64,000 nucleotides of DNA from Candidatus Latescibacterota bacterium (GTDB taxonomy: Bacteria; Latescibacterota; UBA2968; UBA8231), in assembly GCA_965248355.1 (NCBI GenBank), contig OZ252098.1, positions 5,216,001-5,280,000 of the forward strand. Reading direction: 5' to 3'. The translations under genes and the position numbers were made by a program. Within the stretch, counting starts at the first letter, position 1. Each line of letters starts with the position of its first letter. Shown piece after piece: positions 55,349 to 64,000 of the stretch. Under the pieces are notes generated by a model that did not search any database, was not told where the DNA came from, and worked only from the letters and a program-made list of their open reading frames with translations.

Positions 55349-56479
55349 GTGGACGTTCTCGTCATGGGAGGCACCGGGTACTTCGGACTGGCCGCCGTCG
55401 AGCAGATGCTCGAGGCCGGGCATCGCGTGTCGATCTTCAGCCGGGGCAACTCGCGCCCCTGGTTCTGGGACGACATCGAGCACATCGAGGGCGACCGCCA
55501 GGACGCCGACGGCCTGGCCGGGAGCCTGGCGGGACGGAGCTTCGACGGCGTCATCGACAACCAGTGCTTCAACCGCGAGGAGGCCGAGGGCGCCATCCGC
55601 GCCCTGCGGGGCCGCGTCGGACGCTATGTCGTGGCCAGCACCGTCTCGGTCTACGGCGAGGCCGGCCACTGCGACCGCCGGTCCACGGGGACCGAGCCCC
55701 TCACCGACGAGGAGCGCTTCGCCGTCGACTACCGTCCCCTCGAGCCGGTGCGCGAGGTCGATCCGGACGTGGCCGGCCAGTCCTGGGAGTACCGCCGGAA
55801 CCTCTCCGAGTACGGCGAGGGCAAGCGCATGATGGAGCGGGTCATGCTCGAATCGCCCGCCGACTGGCCCTGGATCGTGGTACGCGTGCCCGCCACCCTG
55901 GGCCCGGGGGATCCCTCCGGGCGGTTCGCCTGGTGGCTGACCCGGATCCTCGACGGCGGGCCGATCCTGCTGCCCGACGGCGGCGTCCACGCCGTGCAGG
56001 TGGGCTTCTCCGAGGACCTGGCCCGCTTCCTGGTGCGGCTGCTCGAGGTCGGTCCGCGGCGCCGGGTCTACAACTACGCTCAGGCGGAGATGCCGGCCCT
56101 GGTCAACTGGCTGCGGGTCATGGCCGCGGCCGCGGACCGGCCCCTGCGGACGGTGGCCGTCCCTTCCGAGGTCCTGGAGCGCCACTCGCGTCTGCCCTGG
56201 CGGGAGTGGTCCTTCGCCCCCTTCAGCTCCTGCCCCCTGCTGATGAGCCTCGACAGGGCCCAGGTCGACGTGGGCCTGGACTTCCGCGCCTCGGGCGTCC
56301 GGTGGACGCGCAAGACCGTCGACTGGTACGCCGCCGATCCCGGACGCCTGTCCACGGCCAGGCACGGGGAGGAGCGGACCACCGAGATCGAGTTCGCCGG
56401 CCGCTGGTCCCGGACCCTGGAGGATCTCGGCCGACAGCTGAACGTCCAAGGCGTGGCGGCGCCCCCGGCCGCGACCTGA
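55349..56479 (+). CDS. NAD-dependent epimerase/dehydratase family protein
   Basis: VLVMGGTGYFG, STVSVY, YGEGK. Confidence 0.88.
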   Translation: MDVLVMGGTGYFGLAAVEQMLEAGHRVSIFSRGNSRPWFWDDIEHIEGDRQDADGLAGSLAGRSFDGVIDNQCFNREEAEGAIRALRGRVGRYVVASTVSVYGEAGHCDRRSTGTEPLTDEERFAVDYRPLEPVREVDPDVAGQSWEYRRNLSEYGEGKRMMERVMLESPADWPWIVVRVPATLGPGDPSGRFAWWLTRILDGGPILLPDGGVHAVQVGFSEDLARFLVRLLEVGPRRRVYNYAQAEMPALVNWLRVMAAAADRPLRTVAVPSEVLERHSRLPWREWSFAPFSSCPLLMSLDRAQVDVGLDFRASGVRWTRKTVDWYAADPGRLSTARHGEERTTEIEFAGRWSRTLEDLGRQLNVQGVAAPPAAT

Positions 56480-56619
56480 CGCCCAGGAGTGGCGCGCCCC
56501 GGGGCCGGCGGCGTCCCGTCCCCAGCGGGGGCTCTTCCGGCTCACGCCCGGGCGGCGGGACCTTTCCCCTTGTGCGAGTCCGGGTTTCGGGGGTTCCTTG
56601 GCCCACCCGGAATACTGGC

Positions 56620-57510
56620 ATGAGAATCGAGATACAGGGGCTGACCAAGCGCTACCGCGGCGGCTTCCACGCCCTGAGGGACGTGGACCTGGAGATCGGC
56701 AGCGGCATGTTCGGCCTCCTCGGGCCCAACGGCGCCGGCAAGACCACCCTCATCCGCATCCTCGTCACCCTGCTCAAGGCGACCTCCGGCCGCGTCCTGG
56801 TGGACGGCATGGACATCGACCGCCACCGGGGGCAGGTGCGGCGCCTGGTCAGCTACCTGCCCCAGGAGTTCAGCCGCTTTCCGCGGCTGGCGGCGTGGGA
56901 GGTCCTCGACTACCAGGCCTGCCTGCGGGGGCTGGGCCGCCGGGAGCGGGCCGAGCGCATAGACCGGCTCCTGGAGCTGGTGGGCCTCTTCGAGGTGCGC
57001 GACCGCCAGGCGGGCAAGCTCTCGGGCGGCATGAAGCGCCGTCTGGGCATCGCCCAGACCCTGATCGGCGATCCCTCGATCCTGGTGGTGGACGAGCCCA
57101 CGGTGGGGCTCGATCCCCAGGAGCGGCTGCGCTTCCGCAACCTGCTGGCCGACCTCGCCAAGGGGGACATCGTCATCCTCCTCTCCACCCACATCGTGGG
57201 GGACATCTCCTCCACCTGCACCGACATGGCGCTGTTGAACCGGGGCCGCGTCGCCTGGCGGGGCCCGCCGGCGGGACTGATCGAATCGGCCCGGGGCCGG
57301 GTGTGGAAGGTGGCGGCCACCCACGCCGAGCTGGACGGGCTGAAGGAGCGCTTCGCCGTCGTCTCCACGGTACCGTCGGTGGAGGGATACGAGGTCCGCC
57401 TGGTGGCCGACGAGCCGCCGGCGGCCTCGGCGGCGGCGGCGGCCCCCGGCCTGGAGGACGCCTACCTCCATCACCTGCAGTCCATCGAGCGCGACGGCCG
57501 GGGACCATGA
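56620..57510 (+). CDS. ABC transporter ATP-binding protein
   Basis: GPNGAGKT, LSGGMKRR, VVDEPT, STH. Confidence 0.95.
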   Translation: MRIEIQGLTKRYRGGFHALRDVDLEIGSGMFGLLGPNGAGKTTLIRILVTLLKATSGRVLVDGMDIDRHRGQVRRLVSYLPQEFSRFPRLAAWEVLDYQACLRGLGRRERAERIDRLLELVGLFEVRDRQAGKLSGGMKRRLGIAQTLIGDPSILVVDEPTVGLDPQERLRFRNLLADLAKGDIVILLSTHIVGDISSTCTDMALLNRGRVAWRGPPAGLIESARGRVWKVAATHAELDGLKERFAVVSTVPSVEGYEVRLVADEPPAASAAAAAPGLEDAYLHHLQSIERDGRGP

Positions 57511-60500
57511 CCCTGTCCGGCCGATGGTGGACGGTGGCCCGCTACGAGTGCCGGCTGCTGTGGCGGTCCTGGGCCTTCCGCCTGTCGGCCCTGGCCGCGG
57601 TCGGGTTCCTGCTGCTCCTCCAGATCGTCTTCACCGCCCCTTTCAGCGGCGCCCCCTTCTCCTTCCGCTCCTTCTCCGGGGCCCTGCCCCTCACCGCCGT
57701 CCGCCTCCTCAACCTCTACCTCGGACTGGTGACGGCCCTGCTGGCCACCGAGTTCGTCAAGCGCGACCGCCAGCTCGACAGCTCCGAGGCGGTGCTCGCC
57801 AACTCCTTCACCAACCCCGGGTACGTGGCCGGCAAGATGCTGGGGATCGGCCTGGCCGTGGGCGGGCTGGTGGCGGCGGCCCTGGCGGTGGTGGCCGTGA
57901 ACCACCGGTTCTTCACCGACGCGCCCTTCGCCTGGCAGCCGTACCTGCTGCTGCCCCTGCTGGGCACCCTGCCGACCCTGGCCCTCACCAGCGGCCTGGC
58001 GTGCCTGCTGATCACCCTGCTGCGCAGCCAGGCGGTGGTGCTCATGCTGATGCTGGGCCTGTGGGCGGCGGCCGTCTTCGGGGGCCAGGGGCAGTTCCAG
58101 CTCTTCGACATCTTCGCGTTCTGGATCCCCATGGCCTGGTCGGACTTCGTCGGCTTCGGGAATGAGGAGCAGCTCGTGCGCGTGCGCGGCGCCCACCTGC
58201 TCGCGGGCCTGGGATGCATGGCGGCGGCGGCCCTGCTCATGGGCCGGCTGCGCCAGTCGCTGGCGGCCAACGCGGCGGCGGCGGTCCTGGCCGTGGCCTG
58301 CCTCGGGGGGGCCGTCTGGATGGGGCACACGTACCTGGAGGACCGCCTCGCCGGCCGCGAGCGCCGCGAGCACCTGGTCTCCCTGAGCCGCGCCGCGGCC
58401 ACGGCGCCGGCGGCCTCGGCCACCGCCTGCGAGATCGAGGTCGAGCACCGGGGCCGCGAGCTGGCCGTCACCGGCGTGGTCGACCTCCTCAACCCCCACG
58501 CCGAGCCCCTCGACTCGCTGCTGTTCACGCTCAATCCGGGGCTGCGGGTGGCGGCGGTCACCGTCGACGGTGTGGAGGTCCCCTTCCGGCGCGACGGCCA
58601 CCTGCTGCGGGTCGCCCCCGCCGCGCCCCTGGCTCCCGGCGACAGCGCCCGGGTGCGCATCGACTACCGCGGCGCCCCCGACGACGGCGCCGCCTACCTC
58701 GACGTGGACCGCGAGCGCTTGGAGGCCGGGTTCAGCTACTGGGTGATCGGCGTGCCCAAGGCCTACAGCTTCGTCACCCCCGGTTTCCTGCACCTGACGC
58801 CGGAGGCCGCCTGGTACCCCGTGAGCGGACTGCCGCCGGGGGCCGCCTTCCCGGCCGCCGGCCGGCGCGACTACCCCCGCTTCCGGCTGTCCGTGGAGGT
58901 GCCCCGCGGCTGGACGGCCTTCTCCCAGGGGCGGACCCAGGTGGACACCACCGAGGCCGGCCTGCGCTTCCGCTTCGAGAGCGGGCCCCTGCCGGGGATC
59001 TCGCTCACGGCGGGCGAGTACGAACGCCGGCAGGTCGAGGTGGACGGGGTCGCCTACAGCCTCGGCGTCCGGCCGGGGCACGCCTACTTCGACGCCCACC
59101 TGGATTCCCTCGGCGAGGCCCTGCCGGGGCTGATCCGGCGGCTGCGCGCCGACTACGAGGCGGCCCTGGGCCTCGAGTATCCGTACCCGCGCCTGTCGCT
59201 GGTGGAGGTGCCCCTGCAGGCCTGGTCCTACCGCCGGCTGTGGACCCTGGCCCAGGAGTCGGTGCAGCCGGAGATCGTCTTCCTGCCGGAGATGGGCACC
59301 CTCTGCGATGCCAGCGACTTCCGCCGGCTGAAACGGCGCTCGCGGCGCAGCCAGGAGCGGGCCAACCAGGCGGAGAGCGCCGAGGACCTGCAGTCCGGGT
59401 ACCTGCGCACCTTCTTCGAGGTCGACCTGATGGGCACGCGGTCCCTCGGGTGGTCGCCCCTGGGCAGCCCGGAGCTGCGAAGGCGTTACCACCTGCTGCC
59501 CAACTTCGTCTCCTTCGGCACCCACCTGTCGTCGCCCCGGTGGCCGGTGCTCAACGCCGCCTTCGAGACCTGGTTCGAGCTGGGTCTGGCGCCGGCGGGG
59601 AACCCCTGGTCCCGGCGATGGAGCGGGCTCACGGCAGCGGAGCGGGCCAACCTCACCCTGCAGGAGCACGGTCTGCGGGAGCTGCTGGCCTCCCCGGAAG
59701 AGGCCGGGGAGGAGGGCCTCGAGGCGGCGGTCCGGGCCAAGGCCCGGCAGCTGCTCCTGGGCTTCGCCGCCGCCGCCGGTCCCGAACGGTTCGACCGGGA
59801 GATGACCGCCTTCCTGCGGCGGCACCGCGGCCGGCCGGCGTCGGAGGCCGACCTGCTGGAGATGCTGGAAGGGCTCGGGGTGGAGGGGGTGGAGGCGCGG
59901 CTGGAGGCCTGGTTCGGCGGCACCGAGCTGCCCGGGTACGAGATCGAGGGCGCCGACGCCTGGCTGGTGCGCCAGGGGGAGCGGACGCGGACCCAGGTCG
60001 AGCTGACCATCTCCAACCCCACGGCGGTGGACGGCGTCGTCGAGGTGGGCCTCCGCTTCCGCGGGACCGAGCAGGAGGCCTGGTTCGACCGCGGCGCCGG
60101 CTCCGACCACCGGCGCATGGTGGCGTTGCCGGCGGCCTCGAGCAAGCGCGTCGGCCTCGTCGTCGACACCCCGGTGGCGGAGATGGTGGTCGACACCTAC
60201 GTCTCCCGGAACCTGCCGGCCCACATCCAGGTGCCCCTGCCGGAGGCCCGGCTGCGCCGCGGCGCCGAGCCCTTCGACGGCGAGCGCCTGGAGGCCCTGG
60301 CCGGGGACGGGGCGGAGGGCGAGTACGTCGTCGACAACGAGGACCCCGGCTTCGAGGTCATGGAGGCGGAGCGGCCCAACTGGCTGCGCCGGCAGATCGC
60401 CGACCTCTTCGACCTGGAGGCCGACGCCGTGCCGTACGTGGGCTTTCATTTCTGGAGCCCGCCGCGCACGTGGGAGGCGGCCACGGCCCCCGGGTTCTAC

Positions 60501-60863
60501 GGCCGCTTCGTGCTCTCCGGCTACTACAAGCGGGCCGGCGACGGCCGCAGCCGGGTCTCGTGGCGCACCGAGATCGGCGAGGCCGGCCGCTACGATCTCT
60601 TCTACTACCTGGGTTCCTTCGAGGAGCTGCGGTGGCGGGGACGGGGGCGGGGACAGGAGCTGAGCTTCCTCGTCTATCACGAGGACGGCGTCGAGTCGTC
60701 GAGCCTGGACATGGCCGGGGCCGAGGAAGGATGGAACCTGCTGGGAACCTATCCGCTGGCCGCCGGTCCGGCCCACGTGGAGCTGACCGACCGGGGACCG
60801 GAGCGCACCGTCGTGGCCGATGCCGTGAAGTGGGTGCGGCAGGACGCGCCCCGGCGCAACTGA
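57507..60863 (+). CDS. ABC-2 permease fused to an M1-aminopeptidase-like domain and a C-terminal golvesin-like beta-sandwich
   Basis: About 7 TM N-terminus; FTLNPGL, WYP, YPYPRLSLVEVP; C-terminal VVDNEDPGF...GWNLLGTY...VVADAVKWV. Confidence 0.75.
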   Translation: MTLSGRWWTVARYECRLLWRSWAFRLSALAAVGFLLLLQIVFTAPFSGAPFSFRSFSGALPLTAVRLLNLYLGLVTALLATEFVKRDRQLDSSEAVLANSFTNPGYVAGKMLGIGLAVGGLVAAALAVVAVNHRFFTDAPFAWQPYLLLPLLGTLPTLALTSGLACLLITLLRSQAVVLMLMLGLWAAAVFGGQGQFQLFDIFAFWIPMAWSDFVGFGNEEQLVRVRGAHLLAGLGCMAAAALLMGRLRQSLAANAAAAVLAVACLGGAVWMGHTYLEDRLAGRERREHLVSLSRAAATAPAASATACEIEVEHRGRELAVTGVVDLLNPHAEPLDSLLFTLNPGLRVAAVTVDGVEVPFRRDGHLLRVAPAAPLAPGDSARVRIDYRGAPDDGAAYLDVDRERLEAGFSYWVIGVPKAYSFVTPGFLHLTPEAAWYPVSGLPPGAAFPAAGRRDYPRFRLSVEVPRGWTAFSQGRTQVDTTEAGLRFRFESGPLPGISLTAGEYERRQVEVDGVAYSLGVRPGHAYFDAHLDSLGEALPGLIRRLRADYEAALGLEYPYPRLSLVEVPLQAWSYRRLWTLAQESVQPEIVFLPEMGTLCDASDFRRLKRRSRRSQERANQAESAEDLQSGYLRTFFEVDLMGTRSLGWSPLGSPELRRRYHLLPNFVSFGTHLSSPRWPVLNAAFETWFELGLAPAGNPWSRRWSGLTAAERANLTLQEHGLRELLASPEEAGEEGLEAAVRAKARQLLLGFAAAAGPERFDREMTAFLRRHRGRPASEADLLEMLEGLGVEGVEARLEAWFGGTELPGYEIEGADAWLVRQGERTRTQVELTISNPTAVDGVVEVGLRFRGTEQEAWFDRGAGSDHRRMVALPAASSKRVGLVVDTPVAEMVVDTYVSRNLPAHIQVPLPEARLRRGAEPFDGERLEALAGDGAEGEYVVDNEDPGFEVMEAERPNWLRRQIADLFDLEADAVPYVGFHFWSPPRTWEAATAPGFYGRFVLSGYYKRAGDGRSRVSWRTEIGEAGRYDLFYYLGSFEELRWRGRGRGQELSFLVYHEDGVESSSLDMAGAEEGWNLLGTYPLAAGPAHVELTDRGPERTVVADAVKWVRQDAPRRN

Positions 60864-60873
60864 AGGAGACCGC

Positions 60874-62331
60874 ATGAGGGGGGGGAGATTGATGCTGCCG
60901 CTGGTCCTGTGGGCCGCGGCGCCGGCGCCGGGCGAGGTGCTGCGGCTCGAGGACGCGCTGCGCATCGCCGGCGACCGCAGTCCGATCCTGGCCGAGGCGC
61001 GCCACGGCCTCGAGACCAGCCGCCACGAGCTGGAGGCGCAGCGGGCGGGGCTCAAGTCGAGGCTCGGCCTCACGGTGACGCCCTTCGAGCACAGCCGCGA
61101 CCGGACCTTCAACGAGCTGGTCTCCGGGTACAACACCCAGGAGCAGACCCACGCCGGGGCCCGGTTCACCATCCAGCAGACCATCGAGCCCACCGACGGC
61201 ACCCTCAGCCTGGTGCAGGCCTTCGACTGGCGCGACGCCTCCAGCTCCTTCGCCGGGGCCGGCTCGCGGCGCTCGTACAGCAATGCCCTGTTCCTGCGCT
61301 ACAGCCAGCCGCTGTTCACCTACAACCGGACCCGCCTGGAGCTCAAGCGCCTGGAGCTGGGCCTGGAGAACGCCCTCCTCGGCTTCGCCGTCCAGGAGCT
61401 GCAGATCGAGAGCCGGGTGACGCGCCAGTTCCTCAACCTCTACTACCTGCAGCGCAACCTGGCCATCGCCGTGGAGGAGATGCGCAACGCCGAGGAGAGC
61501 CTGGAGATCGTCGGCGCCAAGGTGGAGGCCGGCATCACCGCCCGCGAGGAGCTGCTCCAGGCGGGCCTGACCCGGGCCAACAGCCGCGCCGCTGTCGAGA
61601 ACGCGCGGCTCCAGTACGAGGACGGCCTGGACGACTTCAAGATCCTCCTGGGCCTGCCCCTGGACATGGAGCTGAAGGTCGAGGCCGATGTCCGCAAGCG
61701 CCTCGTGGAGGTCGATGCCCGGCTGGCCGAGCGCCACGGGCTGGACCACCGCATGGAGATCCGCCAGCGCCAGATCGAGGTGGACAACGCCCTCGACGAG
61801 TTGATCCAGACCGGGGCGCAGAACGAGTTCAAGGGCTCCGTGGACCTGACCTACGGCCTCACCGGCACCGACCCCGCCCTGGCCTATCTCTACGACTCGC
61901 CCACGCGCAACCAGGAGGTCGGCATCCGTTTCGAGGTGCCGATCTTCGACTGGGGCGAGAACGAGCACCGCCTGGCCGCGGCCCGCGAGCGGGTGGGCAG
62001 CCGCAAGCTGTCGGCGGCCGAGGAGGAGCGGCGCATCCTCAAGGAGATCCGCCAGGGCTGCCGCGGCCTGGGCAACCAGGCGGCGCAGATCGAGATCGCC
62101 GAGAAGAGCGTCGAGAGCGCCCGCCAGACCTACCGCCTCAACCTGGAGCGCTACCGCAACGGCGACCTGCCGTCGAAGGACATCGCCTTCTACCAGACCC
62201 AGCTGTCGCGGGAGCAGCTCAACGAGGTGCGGGCCCTGATCGACTACCGGCTGGCCCTGCTCGATCTGAAGGTGCGCACCTTGTGGGACTTCGCCGCCGG
62301 CGAGCCCGTCATCAACCTCGAACCACGCTAG
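60874..62331 (+). CDS. TolC family outer-membrane efflux protein
   Basis: LRLEDALRIA, YSQPLF, VPIFDWG, ERYRNG. Confidence 0.9.
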   Translation: MRGGRLMLPLVLWAAAPAPGEVLRLEDALRIAGDRSPILAEARHGLETSRHELEAQRAGLKSRLGLTVTPFEHSRDRTFNELVSGYNTQEQTHAGARFTIQQTIEPTDGTLSLVQAFDWRDASSSFAGAGSRRSYSNALFLRYSQPLFTYNRTRLELKRLELGLENALLGFAVQELQIESRVTRQFLNLYYLQRNLAIAVEEMRNAEESLEIVGAKVEAGITAREELLQAGLTRANSRAAVENARLQYEDGLDDFKILLGLPLDMELKVEADVRKRLVEVDARLAERHGLDHRMEIRQRQIEVDNALDELIQTGAQNEFKGSVDLTYGLTGTDPALAYLYDSPTRNQEVGIRFEVPIFDWGENEHRLAAARERVGSRKLSAAEEERRILKEIRQGCRGLGNQAAQIEIAEKSVESARQTYRLNLERYRNGDLPSKDIAFYQTQLSREQLNEVRALIDYRLALLDLKVRTLWDFAAGEPVINLEPR

Positions 62332-62339
62332 GAGGCGAC

Positions 62340-63407
62340 ATGCTGCGACATCGGATCCGCCGGCTCGCGGGACTCGCCGCCGGCGCCGGTCTGCTCGGCG
62401 GCGGCTGCGACCAGGAAGGACCGAGGATCGACGTGGAGTCGGCGATCCCGGTTCGGGTACAGCCGGTGGCCCGGGGGCCGATCGCCGAGTACGTGGCCGC
62501 CACCGGCACCGTGGAGGCGGCGCGGGAGGGCCTGCTGGCCTGCGAGCAGGCCGGCCGCTACCGGCTGCAGGACAACCCGCGCACCGGCGCCGCCTGGGCC
62601 ATGGGCGACCGGGTGGAGGCCGGCGACCTCATCGTGCGCCTCGACAACGCCGAGTTCGAGAACCAGGTGAGCATCGAGTCGAAGGTCCTGCAGCAAGCCT
62701 CGGCCCAGCGCGAGCACGACAAGCAGAAGGCCCTCTTCGAGCATGGCGGCATCACCCTGCGCGAGTTGACCGACGCCGAGCGCCAGGCCATCGACGCGCG
62801 CTACGACCTGGAGAACGCGCGCCTGCAGCTGGCCAAGCTCGAGGTGCGCGCCCCCTGCGCCGGGATCCTGGTCGACCTGGAGCACCACAACCCGGGGCAG
62901 CGGCTGCAGGCCGGGGACGCCCTCGGCAAGGTCATGGAGTACGCCGAGCTCTACGCCGAGACCTCCCTGCCGGGCAAGGAGATGGGCCGAGTCGCGCCGG
63001 GCCAGGAGGCGCTGGTGACCCACTACGGCGCCGCCGGGGACACCCTGCGAGGCCGGGTGACCCAGGTCTCGCCCGTGCTAGACGCCGACAGCCGCACCTT
63101 CAAGGCGGCCCTGACCATCGACAACCCCGGGCTGCGCCTGCGGCCGGGCATGTTCGTCAAGATCGAGCTGGTGGCGGCCTCCCGCGACTCGGCCCTGGTG
63201 ATCCCCCGGGACGTGATCGTCGACCGCGGCCACGAGAAGGTCGTCTTCGTCGTGGAGAAGGGGATCGCCGTGCGCCGCCGCCTGGAGACCGGTCTGGGGA
63301 ACCGCCACGAGGTCGAGGTGCTGAGCGGGCTCATGGACGGGGAGCGCCTGGTGGTGGAGGGCTTCGAGACCCTGCGCGACCACTCGCGGGTGAAGACCAC
63401 CAACTGA
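62340..63407 (+). CDS. RND efflux periplasmic adaptor (MFP)
   Basis: Lipobox-like LGGGC; GDRVEAGDLIVRLD, VRAPCAG, LRPGMFV, VEVLSGL..GE.LVVEG. Confidence 0.9.
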   Translation: MLRHRIRRLAGLAAGAGLLGGGCDQEGPRIDVESAIPVRVQPVARGPIAEYVAATGTVEAAREGLLACEQAGRYRLQDNPRTGAAWAMGDRVEAGDLIVRLDNAEFENQVSIESKVLQQASAQREHDKQKALFEHGGITLRELTDAERQAIDARYDLENARLQLAKLEVRAPCAGILVDLEHHNPGQRLQAGDALGKVMEYAELYAETSLPGKEMGRVAPGQEALVTHYGAAGDTLRGRVTQVSPVLDADSRTFKAALTIDNPGLRLRPGMFVKIELVAASRDSALVIPRDVIVDRGHEKVVFVVEKGIAVRRRLETGLGNRHEVEVLSGLMDGERLVVEGFETLRDHSRVKTTN

Positions 63408-64000
63408 TGGAATCCCTGGCGCGGTTCTCGGTCTCCCGCCCGGCGACGGTGCTCATGCTCGTCCTGGCCGTCCTGCTCCTGGGCGGCCTCTCCTTCGGGC
63501 GTCTGGGCGTGGAGCTGCTGCCGGACCTGGCCAACCCGAGGCTGTTCGTCGAGGTCGAGGCCGGGGACCTGCCGCCGGCCGAGGTGGAGGCGCGCATCGC
63601 GGCCCCCGTCGAGGCGGCCGCCTCCCTGACCCGCGGGGTCGTCGACGTCGCCTCGGTATCGCGCACCGGCGGCGCCCAGGTCACCGTCGAGTACGGCTGG
63701 CACGTCGACATGGACGAGGCCTTCCTCGACCTGCAGAAGGGCATGGCCGAGTTCGCCCGGCGTCCGGACGTGGGGGAGATCTCGGTGAGCCGGCACGACC
63801 CCAACGGCCGGCCCGTGGTGGTGGCCGCCTTCCGCCACCCGGAGGTGGAGGACCTCGACGCCCTGCGGCGCACGGCCGAGAGCATCGTGCGCAGCGAGCT
63901 GGTGCGCCTGCCCGGAGTGGCCGCCGTCGAGGTCGTCGGCGCCCGCCGCCGCGAGGTGGAGGTGCTCACCGACGCCTACACCCTCGAGGCCTACGGCCTC
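63407..64000 (+). CDS. AcrB/CzcA family RND permease (partial, continues beyond the window)
   Basis: TGATG overlap; MESLARFSVSRPATVLML...LGVELLPDLANP...EVEARIAAPVE. Confidence 0.9.
   Translation, partial: MESLARFSVSRPATVLMLVLAVLLLGGLSFGRLGVELLPDLANPRLFVEVEAGDLPPAEVEARIAAPVEAAASLTRGVVDVASVSRTGGAQVTVEYGWHVDMDEAFLDLQKGMAEFARRPDVGEISVSRHDPNGRPVVVAAFRHPEVEDLDALRRTAESIVRSELVRLPGVAAVEVVGARRREVEVLTDAYTLEAYGL

Noticed and set aside
1..64000. tRNA, rRNA, transposase, integrase or prophage genes
   Set aside because: None recognised by eye; a covariance-model or HMM scan would be needed to exclude small RNAs.

Overview
High-GC Gram-negative bacterial chromosomal segment (TonB receptor, TolC/RND, lipoproteins). 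The mix of PhyH dioxygenases, sulfatase-like and propeller hydrolases, internalin-like LRR proteins, TA modules and type I RM resembles marine host-associated or sediment lineages; this is inference only. Layout: (1) 1-11.9 kb patchwork catabolic genes, including an isochorismatase-MOSC fusion, an active plus degenerate CE7 esterase pair, atypical GH32 and BNR proteins, PhyH and MFS. (2) 11.9-20.4 kb type I RM locus hsdR-[DUF433]-hsdS-[phd-phd-vapC]-hsdM. HsdS ends in an in-frame antitoxin C-terminal module, several antitoxins have lost their toxins, and the hsdM 3' end is duplicated. (3) 20.5-31.2 kb oxidoreductase, aminotransferase, propeller hydrolases and an Ntn acylase. (4) 31.3-43.9 kb accessory region: two LRR paralogues (the second fused to a tandem AAA+ ATPase), lipoproteins, a TonB receptor, and a truncated ClpP coupled to a second AAA+ ATPase. 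Three copies of a CGAC-N7-GTCG...AGGTT element, resembling WYL-regulator boxes, each head a small gene unit. (5) 44-47.5 kb two ECF sigma systems. (6) 47.8-56.5 kb sugar/amine catabolic genes. (7) 56.6-64 kb ABC + TolC/MFP/RND export operon running off the window. No rRNA, tRNA, CRISPR array, transposase or integrase was recognised. All family calls come from motif reading, not database searches.
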